Of a stretch of 64,000 nucleotides of DNA, positions 38,962 to 50,775 are shown in pieces (position 1 is the stretch's first letter; the number at the start of each line of letters is the position of its first letter). Source of the DNA: Octopus vulgaris (Eukaryota); NCBI GenBank assembly GCA_951406725.2, contig OX597839.1, positions 13,888,001 through 13,952,000 of the forward strand, in the 5' to 3' direction. A program made the translations under genes and the position numbers. The notes beneath the pieces were generated by a model. The model was given only the letters and a program-made list of their open reading frames with translations. It had not been told where the DNA came from and made no database searches.

Positions 38962-39697
38962 CTTGATTTTTTATTATCCATAAGGACATACATGGAATGG
39001 ACGATACAATCACGGATGATTTGACATTTAAAGCGCAATTTGGGGTCGATAAAAAAATTTAACATGATTTTATATAAAATAAATGAATAAACAACACAAT
39101 GGACATTTTTTAAACAAATGGAGTGGGGCGGGTTTACGGACCCCACGAACCCCGCCTCTTCACTGACCTCGGTTTTTTGGCTTATCTCGCATCCACGAGA
39201 GACCTTTTATACATGACATTCTTCCATCTTTCATCAAACACTTTCTTACTCAGGCACCTCCTCCCCAGCCTTATTTGTCTCTTTAGGTGGAATATAAAAA
39301 TTTCCACCAAACCAGGAGCAGAGATGAAGTTGTCTGACATCAACCCTCTCATCCTTGTTTTCCATACTACCTGTTTCGCAACTGCAACCACAGAGAAAAA
39401 ACAATTCTTACCTTCTTTCGTTAAGAAATCCGGCGGGTCAATTTTCACTATGGATTCAGACGATAGCTGTCCTCCACCTGACAACAGTTGTTCGGCAAAA
39501 ACCCACATGTCTGACACCTCCGGACACTGCACAGATCGGGGTGTCGTGGCCACTATGCCTTGAGAGTTTATCCCGAACAGGTAAGGCACCTCGGTAACAC
39601 TGCCATGCCAAGGACTTCTGAAAATTATCCAGGGTCGAATGTACCTTAGAACAGTCTGGCCAGCTGATTATCGTCGAAACCTAGGGTCTCCCTTAAT
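38962..39697 (-). mobile_element. F1: 5'-truncated 3' fragment of a B-related Tx1-like LINE
   Basis: Reads ETLGFDDNQLA...NFQKSLAWQC...CPEVSDMW...FHLKRQI, followed by a degenerate tail. Confidence 0.88.
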
Positions 39698-41608
39698 GTT
39701 GTTTTATTATTACCCACTAGGGGCTACATAGATGGGACAATACAATCGGGAAAATGAATAATGAATTATGAAGTTTGTACAATGTGGTGTAATGCCCACT
39801 CGATCCCCGAAATCGAGCGGTTACATTTCGTCATTTGTTTTTTATTCGTCAACAATATTTTCCAAATAAAACATTTTATACATTTTCAACATACATTTCA
39901 AAAATTTTACAAAGTTCAACATTTTTTTTTTTTTTTTCAGGATTTAAAGTTCTTTTTATCATTTCCAAATTAAGTTTTCACAATACCTTTTCTTTTATAT
40001 ATACTCCATTATCTCTACCAAATCTGAGTAAACTTCCATCGTTCGTGGCCACCTTGTAAGTCGGCATTTCATATGTTTTGACACGTTCTTGCCAGCTGCC
40101 TCGATGAACGCCTCGGCGTCGTTCTCGTGGACGAGTGCACCTGTTTCTTTCCATTCGGTGCCCATCCTGACCCACGTATATCCATTTGTTACGTTTATTA
40201 AATCTTCCATCTCCTCACAGTGCCTGTGATGGATCAACGTTCCATAGTATTTGAATTTTCTATTCGTACCTACGTTTTCTCTAGTTTTTCTCTTAGGACT
40301 TACTTCCTCTTTTTTCTCCTCCCTCGGTTTCTCTCTTTCTCTCTTTTTGCTTTCTCTTCTTTCTTTTTCCTTCTCTTGTCTTTTTGGCTCTTTGTCTGCC
40401 GTCTCTCTACCCTGTGCCTTAAGTTCCTTTCCTGTTGTTTCTTTTCCTTTTTGCATACCATCTTTTCCTTTCTCTTGGTTCTGTTCCTTCGCTTGTTCTT
40501 TTCCTGCTTTTTCTCTTTCCTTTAATGTACTTTCCTTTTCTTTCTCTTGCTTCTGCCTTGGCTTCTTCTCCACTACTTCTGCACCCTGTGAATTTTGCTC
40601 CTTTTCTACTATCTTCTTCCCTTTGTTTTCATTTTCCTTCAGTGCGCTGTTACTTCCCTTCTCTTGTTGTTTCTCCGTTATTTCCTTTTCCTTGTTTTCA
40701 CTGTTCTTTCCTTCGTGTTCGTTTTCCTTCTCTCCACTTTGTGTCTCTTTTTGCTCCGCTGTGAATTCATACAGCGGGCATTCCTTTTTTATGTGCCCTC
40801 TTGATCCGCACAGGTAGCAATTCGGTTTTCTGCCTTCCACTATTACACTAATTGTTTTCTCGTTTTCTATTTCTATTTGGAAGGGAAATCTTTCGATGTC
40901 TTCTATTGTGGCCATCAGCCACAACTCTACTCCGAATCCCTTCCAATTTACAACGTTCGTCTCCTTAATTGACCCTATTTCTACTTCCTCTTTTGCTGCC
41001 CCAATAATGGCTGTTACCAGCATTTCTGTTTTAATATTTGGGGGCACCTTTGGGACTCTTACCCGTACCCCTCGTCTTCCTTTATACGTCGGCCACATGG
41101 TGAAATTTTCCGCTTTCAAGACAGTGGAAGCCAATGAGGCCGCCACTTCCTTTGTTGCGCATCTCACCTCCACCGTACCATATTTCTTTCCTCTGTCTAC
41201 AAAAGTCGCTTTTTTCATGATGTCCCCCAGACATTTCTCTATTTCTTCAATCGTCACTCTCACCAGTTTTCTCGTGTTTCTATCTTGCGTTCTATACGTT
41301 ATCGTCTTGTTATTTTTCTCTTCTATTGTTTCCACAGGCGGGACCAGCTTTACGCTGTCACCCTCCCTTTTGACGAACTTCTCGTATTCCTTCAATTGTT
41401 CTTTTCTAAAGAACACTTCTTTTATTCTAAGAGACTCGTCACTTTTTGTTGTGGCGACCCCCGCGTAAGTCTCCATGACTTGAGGGTCGACACACCTTCT
41501 ATAAAAGGTTCAAACACGCAGCGGCAAACGCCTCGCGCGATTAAATTTTTTGATAATTTTTAACAGTTTTTTTTCCAATTTTCACATACAAAATAACTCA
41601 CAACACAC
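39698..41608 (-). mobile_element. Element C: ORF1-only half-LINE
   Basis: Short 5' UTR, intact 493-aa ORF1, and a 3' UTR of about 300 bp ending in the B-type tail GCCCCTAGTGGGTAATAATAAAACAAC. No EN or RT. Confidence 0.85.
39995..41476 (-). CDS. ORF1-like nucleic-acid-binding protein (element C)
   Basis: RGKKYGTVEVRC, IVEGRKPNCYLCGSRGHIKKEC and a K/E-rich linker. The ORF is intact. Confidence 0.85.
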   Translation of the reverse strand: METYAGVATTKSDESLRIKEVFFRKEQLKEYEKFVKREGDSVKLVPPVETIEEKNNKTITYRTQDRNTRKLVRVTIEEIEKCLGDIMKKATFVDRGKKYGTVEVRCATKEVAASLASTVLKAENFTMWPTYKGRRGVRVRVPKVPPNIKTEMLVTAIIGAAKEEVEIGSIKETNVVNWKGFGVELWLMATIEDIERFPFQIEIENEKTISVIVEGRKPNCYLCGSRGHIKKECPLYEFTAEQKETQSGEKENEHEGKNSENKEKEITEKQQEKGSNSALKENENKGKKIVEKEQNSQGAEVVEKKPRQKQEKEKESTLKEREKAGKEQAKEQNQEKGKDGMQKGKETTGKELKAQGRETADKEPKRQEKEKERRESKKREREKPREEKKEEVSPKRKTRENVGTNRKFKYYGTLIHHRHCEEMEDLINVTNGYTWVRMGTEWKETGALVHENDAEAFIEAAGKNVSKHMKCRLTRWPRTMEVYSDLVEIMEYI

Positions 41609-43359
41609 GTGGGTAGATTTCTATTTCTTTATTACCCACCAGGGGGCGACACAGACATGGGGACATAGAACATTATAATTTAAAATTTATGAAAAATGAA
41701 TTGTTAAGTGAAAGAAAATGATAGTATGAAAGCGATACCAACGGCCCCATCCGTTAGCATCACTTACCTGTCCTTTGTTTTTCATAGTCACTTGAATGTT
41801 CTTTGCCAATACGAATAAATTCCATATCCATTCTTACTCCGAAATACTCATCCATATTTTCCACGAATTCATCGCTCATTCTTATATCTTTCACCTCCCA
41901 ATTGTCCCTTTCACACCTCACCATAAACTCACCTATGTTCTTCTTTTCAATCACAGCATACCTAGTCTCACCAACATCATACCATTTATACTCTTCCATT
42001 AGACTTTTAACTTCTTTCTGTTCAGTCATAGTACAAATGTACGGCCTGATATCGATTTCAATCTCTTGTGTGTGTGTATTCTTTTTTTTCTTTTGTTTTC
42101 TTGTTGGGTGGGAGCGGGTGGGTTCAATGTCTGCATGGATAGGGTGGGACTCAGAGGGCGTGGGTGGTTTTGGGGTAGATTGGTGTTCCATATTATTTTC
42201 TTTTCCACGTATTCTTCTCTTCCTCTTATTTCCAGCTTCCTTCCATTTCTGTGTATTCTCTTCCTCTTCTACTGTCTCCTTCTCCTCTGGTTTCTGCTTC
42301 TCTCTCTCTGGTTCGGAATCCATTTCTTTCCCTGGGGGAGGGCAGAAGGCTCTTATGTGACCCCTCAGGCCACACTTGTAACAACGTGGAGCCCTGCCCT
42401 CCACCCACACTCTCATGATCACGTCTCCCAATCTGATGCTTTCCGCCAGGTCCAACAGTACCTCGTTCTCCGCCTGTACGTTCAGCTCCACTGTTACGCC
42501 TCTCCAGCCCTCGGACTTAACCGAGGCATGGAGAATATCCACTTCGTCCTCGTGGCCGCTGATCACAGCCGCCACAATCCATTCTGCCTCCACGTTTGGT
42601 GGCACTCCCTCCACCCTTATTCGTGTAATCCTCCTGTTTAAATACGTAGGTAACAGTGTTACCTTTTCTGACTTCACCGCCTTCGCCGCCATCTTCCTCG
42701 CTGCAGACTCAGTTTTGAAATGCACAACTACGGTTCCGTACTTGGATCCTCGAGTCAGAAAATTAATTTCCTCCTCAGTTCTTCGCAGGGCTTCCTCTAT
42801 CCATTCCATGGTTACAACTTCTACCCTCTTCCTTTCGTTTGCGAACACCCTGTAAATAATGGTCCTCTTATCATACCATTCTTTTCTCCTGGGTTTTCGG
42901 TGATAGTTCCACCTCACCGCTTTCCTTTTTCATGTATTTCTGGTAACTTGGCAACTTGGCTATGTCGACCCCTTTCTCTTCCGCCTTCTTGCTTACACCG
43001 GCATAGGTATAACTCAGCTTCTCTTCCAATTTCCTTCCTGCCATTTCTAGCTCCTTCTCAGACGTAGACAAGTCTGATAAAGACTCGAAAACTCCAGCCT
43101 TTTCCTCCATCAGCTTCACTGCAATTGCCTGTTCCAGTTCCTCATCCGTCGTGGACAAGTCTGTTAGAGACTCATAGTCCATTTCCTTCTGTCTGACAGA
43201 CCGAAAACGGCCGCCAAAACAGAAAAAGTGTAACGCGCTGAACGAGCGAAACGCGAAACCGCGTCAACGCCGTTCAGAATTTCCACAACAACAACAACGC
43301 TTTCTGTTCTTTTTTACCGAATTTTACGAGCGTAAAAAAACACGACCGAACTCAAACAC
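41609..43359 (-). mobile_element. Element D copy 1: full-length ORF1-only half-LINE (one frameshift near 42900)
   Basis: ORFs 42871..43182 and 41760..42917. 5' end GTGTTTGAGTTCGG; tail GGTGGGTAATAAAGAAATAGAAATCTACCCAC. Confidence 0.87.
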
Positions 43360-43691
43360 GTGGGTAGATTTCTATTTCTTTATTACCCACCAGGGGGCGA
43401 CACAGAGGGGGACACCACAAGACATGGGGACATAGAACATTATAATTAAAATTTATGAAAAATGAATTGTTAAGTGAAAGAAAATGATAGTATGAAAGCG
43501 ATACCATCCGTTACCATCACTTACCTGTCCTTTGTTTTTCATAGTCACTTGAATGTTCTTTGCCAATACGAATAAATTCCATATCCATTCTTACTCCGAA
43601 ATACTCATCCATATTTTCCACGAATTCATCGCTCATTCTTATATCTTTCACCTCCCAATTCTCCCTTTCACAACTCACCATAAACTCACCT
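43360..43691 (-). mobile_element. Element D copy 2 (5'-truncated)
   Basis: Last 330 bp or so of D with a complete tail. Confidence 0.88.
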
Positions 43692-43695
43692 ACAC

Positions 43696-44217
43696 GTGGG
43701 TAGATTTCTATTTCTTTATTACCCACCAGGGGGCGACACAGAGGGGGACACCACAAGACATGGGGACATAGAACATTATAATTAAAATTTATGAAAAATG
43801 AATTGTTAAGTGAAAGAAAATGATAGTATGAAAGCGATACCAACGGCCCCATCCGTTAGCATCACTTACCTGTCCTTTGTTTTTCATAGTCACTTGAATG
43901 TTCTTTGCCAATACGAATAAATTCCATATCCATTCTTACTCCGAAATACTCATCCATATTTTCCACGAATTCATCGCTCATTCTTATATCTTTCACCTCC
44001 CAATTGTCCCTTTCACACCTCACCATAAACTCACCTATGTTCTTCTTTTCAATCACAGCATACCTAGTCTCACCAACATCATACCATTTATACTCTTCCA
44101 TTAGACTTTTAACTTCTTTCTGTTCAGTCATAGTACGGCCTGATATCGATTTCAATCTCTTGTGTGTGTGTATTCTTTTTTTTCTTTTGTTTTCTTGTTG
44201 GGTGGGAACGGGTGGGT
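43696..44217 (-). mobile_element. Element D copy 3 (5'-truncated)
   Basis: Last 520 bp or so of D with a complete tail and an 8-bp deletion between GTAC repeats. Confidence 0.88.
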
Positions 44218-45011
44218 GGAGGGCAGGGCTCCACGTTGTTACAAGTGTGGCCTGAGGGGTCACATAAGAGCCTTCTGCCCTCCCCCAGGGAAAGAAATGG
44301 ATTCCGAACCACAGAAAGAGAAGCAGAAACCAGAGGAGAAGGAGACAGTAGAAGAGGAAGAAAATACACAGAAATGGAAGGAAGCTGGAAATAAGAGGAA
44401 GAGAAGAATACGTGGAAAAGAAAATAATATGGAACTCCAATCCACCCCAAAACCACCCACGCCCTCTGAGTCCCACCCTATCCATGCAGACATTGAACCC
44501 ACCCGCTCCCCCCCAACAAGAAAACAAAAGAAAAAAAAGAATACACACACACAAGGGATTGAAATCGATATCAGGCCGTACATTTGTACTATGACTGAAC
44601 AGAAAGAAGTTAAAAGTCTAATGGAAGAGTATAAATGGTATGATGTTGGTGAGACAAGGTATGCTGTGATTGAAAAGAAGGACATAGGTGAGTTTATGGT
44701 GAGGTGTGAAAGGGAGAATTGGGAGGTGAAAGATATAAGAATGAGCGATGAATTCGTGGAAAATATGGATGAGTATTTCGGAGTAAGAATGGATATGGAA
44801 TTTATTCGTATTGGCAAAGAACATTCAAGTGACTATGAAAAACAAAGGACAGGTAAGTGATGCTAACGGACGGGGCCGTTGGTATCGCTTTCATTTTATC
44901 ATTTTTTCGTTTAACAATTCATTTTCATAAATTTTAATTATAATGTTCTATGTCCCCATGTCTTGTGGTGTCCCCCTCTGTGTCGCCCCCTGGTGGGTAA
45001 TAAAGAAATAG
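44212..45011 (+). mobile_element. Element D copy 4 (5'-truncated, + strand)
   Basis: Runs from WVEGRAPRCYKC to the tail GGTGGGTAATAAAGAAATAG. Confidence 0.88.
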
Positions 45012-45810
45012 ACGATAATCAGCTGGCCAGTCTGTTCCGACGTACGTTCGAGCCGAGGACACTGGACAACTTCCAGAAGTCTCTGGCATGGCAATGCTAC
45101 AGAGGAGCTCTACCTGTTCGGGATAAACTCGCAAGGCACGGTGGCCAAGACAGTCCGATATGTCCAAGATGCGGGCGGGATAGGGAAACCGTCCCGCACG
45201 CTATTGTTCATTGTCCGGACGTGTCTGAGGTGTGGGTTTATGCCGAACAGCTGTTGTCAGGTACACGAAGAGTACAGCTGTCGACTGAGTCGATTACAAA
45301 AATTGACCCACCGGATTTCCTCGTGAATGAAGGTAAGTTTCGTTTTCTCGTTGTAGTAGCAATTGCGAAAGAGGTGATATGGAAGACGAGAATGAAAGGT
45401 TTACAGTCAGGCAAGTTCATCTCCGGCCCTGGTTTGATGAAGTATTTCATCTTTCACCTGAAAAGGAAGATAGGGCTGGAGAGAATATGCCTGACTAGGA
45501 GAGTGTATGAAGAACGATGGAAGGATGTAGCACGAAAGTTGCGAGTGAAAGATACAACATAAATGTAATACCAAGCGCAACCAAAAGTATCAGTGGGGAG
45601 GCGGGGCTCGTGGGGTCCGAGCTAAACCCGCACCCACTCCACCCGTAATGTCTTCCGGTCTGTCCCATCATTCGATTTCTGTCCATTTATTGTAATTCAT
45701 GAAAATTTTTAAATCCGATTTATTGTAAAAACCCATTCGTTTGTCTGTCCCCATCATCAGATTGTATTGTCCCATCTATGTTCGCCCCTTGTGGGTAATA
45801 ATAAAACAAC
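45011..45810 (+). mobile_element. F2: 800-bp 3' fragment of LINE B
   Basis: Near-identical to 50224-51023, with scattered SNPs. Confidence 0.92.
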
Positions 45811-46051
45811 ATTAAGGGAGACCCTTGAACACATGGAGGAAATCAATTTTTTGCGTGTATAGTAAGTTATTATATTGTGTATATTTTCTCCATTGTGATC
45901 TACTGTGTGTCTAGCTGTCTTTTTGTGTTGTTGTACAACGATTGAAGTCGGCCTTCGTGCGAGGGCTTAGTGTTGGTGTTCCCCCCTCCGTGGGGGAAAA
46001 ACTATCATTATCTTGGTTGTGCCAAGGGCTTGCTAAAGCCAGTTATCGGAG

Positions 46052-47368
46052 ATGGAATCCCCCATCTCTGATTCACCTGTGACAAGTGATACAGGATCAC
46101 CGGCGGTGTCACCAAAGAAAAGAGAGGCGGGGTCGCCAAAGAAAAAAGATATTCCAGCACCAGCGAGAAAATTTTCTGAAGTAGCTGGGAAGAAAATTAA
46201 AAAAATTAATGTAGACAACCTGGGAAAACATGCGGACTGTGTGTCAAAAGAGGGCACGGAAGTAACCGTGGCTTCAAACGCCCAAATACAGGAGGAAATT
46301 TCGAATAGGAGAATAATCTATAAGACATTCAGTATAACAAGCAGAGCAATCCAAAAAATAGAGGAGAAAAAGATCGAAAACTGCTTAAAGCCAATAATGG
46401 ATAAAATTACGTATATCAATCGAGGGAAGAAATACGGCACAGTGGAGGTGAGATTCACGTCAGAGGAGGTAGCGAAGAAGCTATCCATGGAACCCATAAA
46501 AGCGGAGGATATTGTTCTCCTACCCCTGTATAAAGGCAAGAGAACTTCCAAGATCACAATGAACAACATCCCGCCAGAAGCGGATGCCGAAATCCTAGTG
46601 GCAGCAGTTATGGTAGGCCTGGAGGAAAAAATAAACATCCTCCAGGCCACCGTAGAAGAAGAAGAATTCTGGAAAGGGCAAAAGATAATAATAGCCATAC
46701 AAGCTGAAGTACAAACCCTGGAAGAGATCCCAGAGACTCTAAGGATAAGCGAAGATGAAAGAGTCACAGTCTTCGTAGAGGGCAGAAAGCCGAGGTGCTT
46801 CGGCTGCGGTAAGAAGGGGCATGTAAGGGCGGAATGCCAGCCCCAACCCAAACCGCAGGAAGCAGCTCAGCCAAGTGGAAAAGAAGAAGCCGTGTCATCA
46901 GAAACAGCGCTGGTCGGCCCAGGAGGGACGACTGAAGGTGTGGAGGTGACAGAGGCAGCGGAACCAACGGAGGAGGAAAAAAAGAGCGAGGAAACGAAAA
47001 AGGAGGAGGGGTGGTCAAAAATCACTAGAAAAAAAAGAAAAACTGAAACCACCCCTCCCAAAGTAAACCAAAAAAAAAAAAGGGAGTCATTGAACTCATT
47101 TATGGCCGTTAAGGCCACGAACAATAGACTCGGAAATGTGTTGGCAGCGATGGCCAAAGTAGAAAAAATAGGGAGGAAAAACGACTATGTTTTGTACAGA
47201 ATAGGCCGGAAGGATTACGGACGGATAAAGTCCGAATTTTTCCATGACGTAGGCCCGCTCAGAATGGATATAACATCTCCATATATATTCGAGGGCCTAC
47301 GTCAGACTCCCCCACGAGGCCCAGAAAAAGAGAAGGAAGAAGAAGAAAAAACCGAACCACTGATATAA
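46052..47368 (+). CDS. Element B ORF1 (438 aa, CCHC knuckle)
   Basis: RGKKYGTVEVRF, LLPLYKGKR and FVEGRKPRCFGCGKKGHVRAEC. Confidence 0.88.
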   Translation: MESPISDSPVTSDTGSPAVSPKKREAGSPKKKDIPAPARKFSEVAGKKIKKINVDNLGKHADCVSKEGTEVTVASNAQIQEEISNRRIIYKTFSITSRAIQKIEEKKIENCLKPIMDKITYINRGKKYGTVEVRFTSEEVAKKLSMEPIKAEDIVLLPLYKGKRTSKITMNNIPPEADAEILVAAVMVGLEEKINILQATVEEEEFWKGQKIIIAIQAEVQTLEEIPETLRISEDERVTVFVEGRKPRCFGCGKKGHVRAECQPQPKPQEAAQPSGKEEAVSSETALVGPGGTTEGVEVTEAAEPTEEEKKSEETKKEEGWSKITRKKRKTETTPPKVNQKKKRESLNSFMAVKATNNRLGNVLAAMAKVEKIGRKNDYVLYRIGRKDYGRIKSEFFHDVGPLRMDITSPYIFEGLRQTPPRGPEKEKEEEEKTEPLI

Positions 47369-47377
47369 AGGTAAGTA

Positions 47378-50300
47378 ATGGATTACATTTATGTTGGTTG
47401 TTTAAATGTGCGCGGCCTGGGAGCAGGCTGGAAGCAAGGTCGCTTCCTGCATGATATCAGGTCGCGTAATTTAGATGTTATTGTTGCTACAGAAACCCGG
47501 TTAGAGGGGCCAAGAGGTCTACTCCCGCTGTTTGACGGCTACGAGAGTTTTTTCTCTCCTGGCAGTCCTACAGGCGGGAGTGGGGTGTTGGTCCTATTAA
47601 AAAGAAACCGGGTTTCTGAGAAAAAGTTAATTTTTGCAGATCCAGAAGGTAGGCTGGTCGTCATGGATTTGACGTTCAGTAACGGTAAAGTTATCAGACT
47701 GGTTGCAATTTACGCACCCAACAGTACAGGGCAAAGTGATTATTTTCGTGAACTAGAAAACTTTCTTGGTACTTCGCATTCATTAGTGGTGCTAGGAGAC
47801 TTTAACACAATTTGCAAAGCGGATGTAGATTGTGTTGGCTCGCGTCCAGATAGAAAAGGCAACAGTGGCTTCATGGAACTGCTAAGCCGCTTTGAGCTAG
47901 CAGATCCTTATAGGATGGAATTTCCGAACGCTCCATTGTGGACATGGTCAAACAGCGACGGATCTTCCAGGTCATATCTAGATAGAATACTAATTAGAAA
48001 AGTAGACAGTAAAATAGCTAAGTGTCCACAGTTTTACCCGATCAGCTACAGTGATCATAAAATGGTCACTTGTAAGCTTGACATAGATAAGGTTAAAAAT
48101 AGAGGATCCGGTTACTGGAAACTTAATACGTCCCTTTTGGCGATTAAGGAGTACAAAGACCGGATTAGGAATATAATTCAGAGGGCACTATCTGGTACCA
48201 TCATTAATAACAAATGGTGGTACGCCCTCAAACGAGCCATCAAGTTTGAGTCTATTAGATATAGCATAGGAGTAGTGGCTAGAGAGGCTAGAAGGGAAAC
48301 TATTCTAGTTAAGGAATTAGAGGAAGCCATGAAAACTGGCTCTGCGGCTCAGGTGGCGGCCAAGAGACTGGTGTTAAACCAGCACCTCGAGGCCAAACAC
48401 ATGGGCTGCATTGTCAGGGCTAGAATCCGTCATATGGGATGTGAAGGAATCAACGCCGTGAGATGGGCCCGAGTGGTGGAAGCTCAGCATGGTAACGATG
48501 CCACGATTCGATCTTTGACGAACCAACAAGGTGAGTTGATAAACGAACCCGAGGAGATGTGTGAGGCCTTTCAGGAGCACTTCGCTCAGCTTTTCGGTGA
48601 GTGCGGCGGACTGGATAGAGGAGGAGGGCCTTTACGGACCTACTCGACGGTCTGCCGCGCTTATCGGGGCGAGATGCGGAGGGCTGTGAAGGGCCAATCA
48701 CGCCTGAGGAGGTGGTTGAGGCAATGGCGGACTGCGGCGCGGGCAAGGCGCCGGGTTTGGATGGTCTACCCTATGAGTTATATAAGAGTATGCCAGACTT
48801 GTTCGGGCACCTACTGGCGGAGGTCTACGCGAACTGGCAGCAGAACGGGCTTATACCCAGATCTGTGCGCCGGGGAGTAGTGACTCTCGTCAGAAAGGAC
48901 CCGAGCAAGGGGGAGTGCATTGATGATTTCAGGCCCATCACTCTGCTAAACACAGAGTTGAAGATTTTGGCCAAAGTGTTATCGAAAAGATTGGCGCGTG
49001 TCGCGGATGGTCTGATCGGAGGGGCACAGACATGTGCCGTTCCGGGCAGATCCATTCAGGATAATCTCCATCTAATGTGGTACACTATAGAGGGGTTTAA
49101 TAGTGATTCTGGCAAGGGTGGGGCACTGGTCCATTTAGACCAATCTAAAGCTTTTGATAGGGTCGACCATCGTTACCTGGTATCTGCCCTGGCACAGTTC
49201 GGGCTGAGCCTTGGCTTCCTCAGGTGGATTATCGAAATTTATGATAACATCGACTCGGTAGTTCGGGTGAACGGCTTCTTGTCGAAGCCGTTCAAAATCA
49301 AACGCTCGGTTCGTCAAGGGTGTCCGCTCTCCCCGCTTTTGTACGTGATGGCTCTTGAGCCATTACTGCGAAAACTGAGCGGCATCCCGAGACAGCCAGG
49401 TAATGGAAAATCAGTGTCAGCGTACGCGGATGACATCACCATCATCGTAACCGAAATGGACCACCTATGTAAAGTAGGCAAGGCCATAGAGGTTTACGAG
49501 ACGGTGACAGGAGCAAAAGTGAATCGCGAAAAGTCAGTCGGCTTGCAACTCGGCACCTGGAGAGGCAAGTCGATGCCTCCTGACAGCGTCGTGGGACGTT
49601 GGACGGAGGGTCCGATTAAACTGCTAGGGGTCTGGTTCGGTCCAGACCTCCAAATAGAGAAGAATTGGGGCGAGGTAACGAGCAAGGTGGCTGCAGTAGC
49701 CAAGACCTGGTCTTGGCGGTGGCTATCCCTGAAAGGGAGGGCGGAGGTGGCCAATGTGTTTATCGCATCGGTTATCACCTACCGCCTTTCCGTCGTTCCT
49801 TGCCCTGATTCGTGGTTGATCAAGTTGGAAAGACAGCTCTTCTACTTCTTGTGGAAGGGCGGGAAACCACTTGTGAAACGCTCTACTTGCTGTCAACAAC
49901 CGTTAAAGGGTGGGCTAGGGATGCCTTGGCTGATGATGCGCAGACATGCGCTGAGGTTAAGACATCTGTGGCTCTACCTGGATGGTGAACGGGTGTGGTC
50001 TTCGCTAGCAAAACTGATGTTTCCCAAGTTCACTAGTTTCGGTGGATGGGAAACCTGGCTGAATCGTAGATCGAAACTTGGTACTTGGTACACGGAGTGT
50101 CGCAAGGCTCTCCTGCTATTCCGTCGCTCGGGCAACGCCTGCGGTGGGGGTTCCACCACATTCTTCTATAGAGGGTTGGTAGAGGCGGAATGTGAAGATA
50201 CCTTGGGGGAAACCCTAGGTCTCGACGATAATCAGCTGGCCAGTCTGTTCCGACGTACGTTCAGGCCGAGGACACTGGACAACTTCCAGAAGTCTCTGGC

Positions 50301-50775
50301 ATGGCAATGCTACAGAGGAGCTCTACCTGTTCGGGATAAACTCGCAAGGCACGGTGGCCAAGACAGTCCGATATGTCCAAGATGCGGGCGGGATAGGGAA
50401 ACCGTCCCGCACGCTATTGTTCATTGTCCGGACGTGTCTGAGGTGTGGGTTTATGCCGAACAGCTGTTGTCAGGTACACAAAGAGTACAGCTGTCGACTG
50501 AGTCGATTACAAAAATTGACCCACCGGATTTCCTCGTGAATGAAGGTAAGTTTCGTTTTCTCGTTGTAGTAGCAATCGCGAAAGAGGTGATATGGAAGAC
50601 GAGAATGAAAGGTTTACAGTCAGGCAAGTTCATCTCCGGCCCTGGTTTGATGAATTATTTCATCTTTCACCTGAAAAGGAAGATAGGGCTGGAGAGAATA
50701 TGCCTGACTAGGAGAGCGTATGAAGAACGATGGAAGGATGTAGCACGGAAGTTGCGAATGAAAGTTACAACATAA
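47378..50775 (+). CDS. Element B ORF2: APE endonuclease, RT and Zn finger, with a single frameshift near 48620
   Basis: GCLNVRGL, LGDFN, SYLDRIL, SDHKMV, KAPGLDGLP, DQSKAFDRV, RQGCPLSP, AYADD and CPRC...HAIVHC. The 3398-nt span is one base short of an open frame. Confidence 0.92.

Noticed and set aside
40220-41468. Phe/Ser/Leu-rich antisense ORFs over ORF1s (also over D, B and E)
   Set aside because: They are shadows of purine-rich Lys/Glu codons on the opposite strand.
39995-41476. Host zinc-knuckle gene family instead of mobile elements
   Set aside because: The ORFs are intronless, carry LINE tails, occur as 5'-truncated copies and are homologous to ORF1 of the adjacent LINEs. Domestication cannot be fully excluded.
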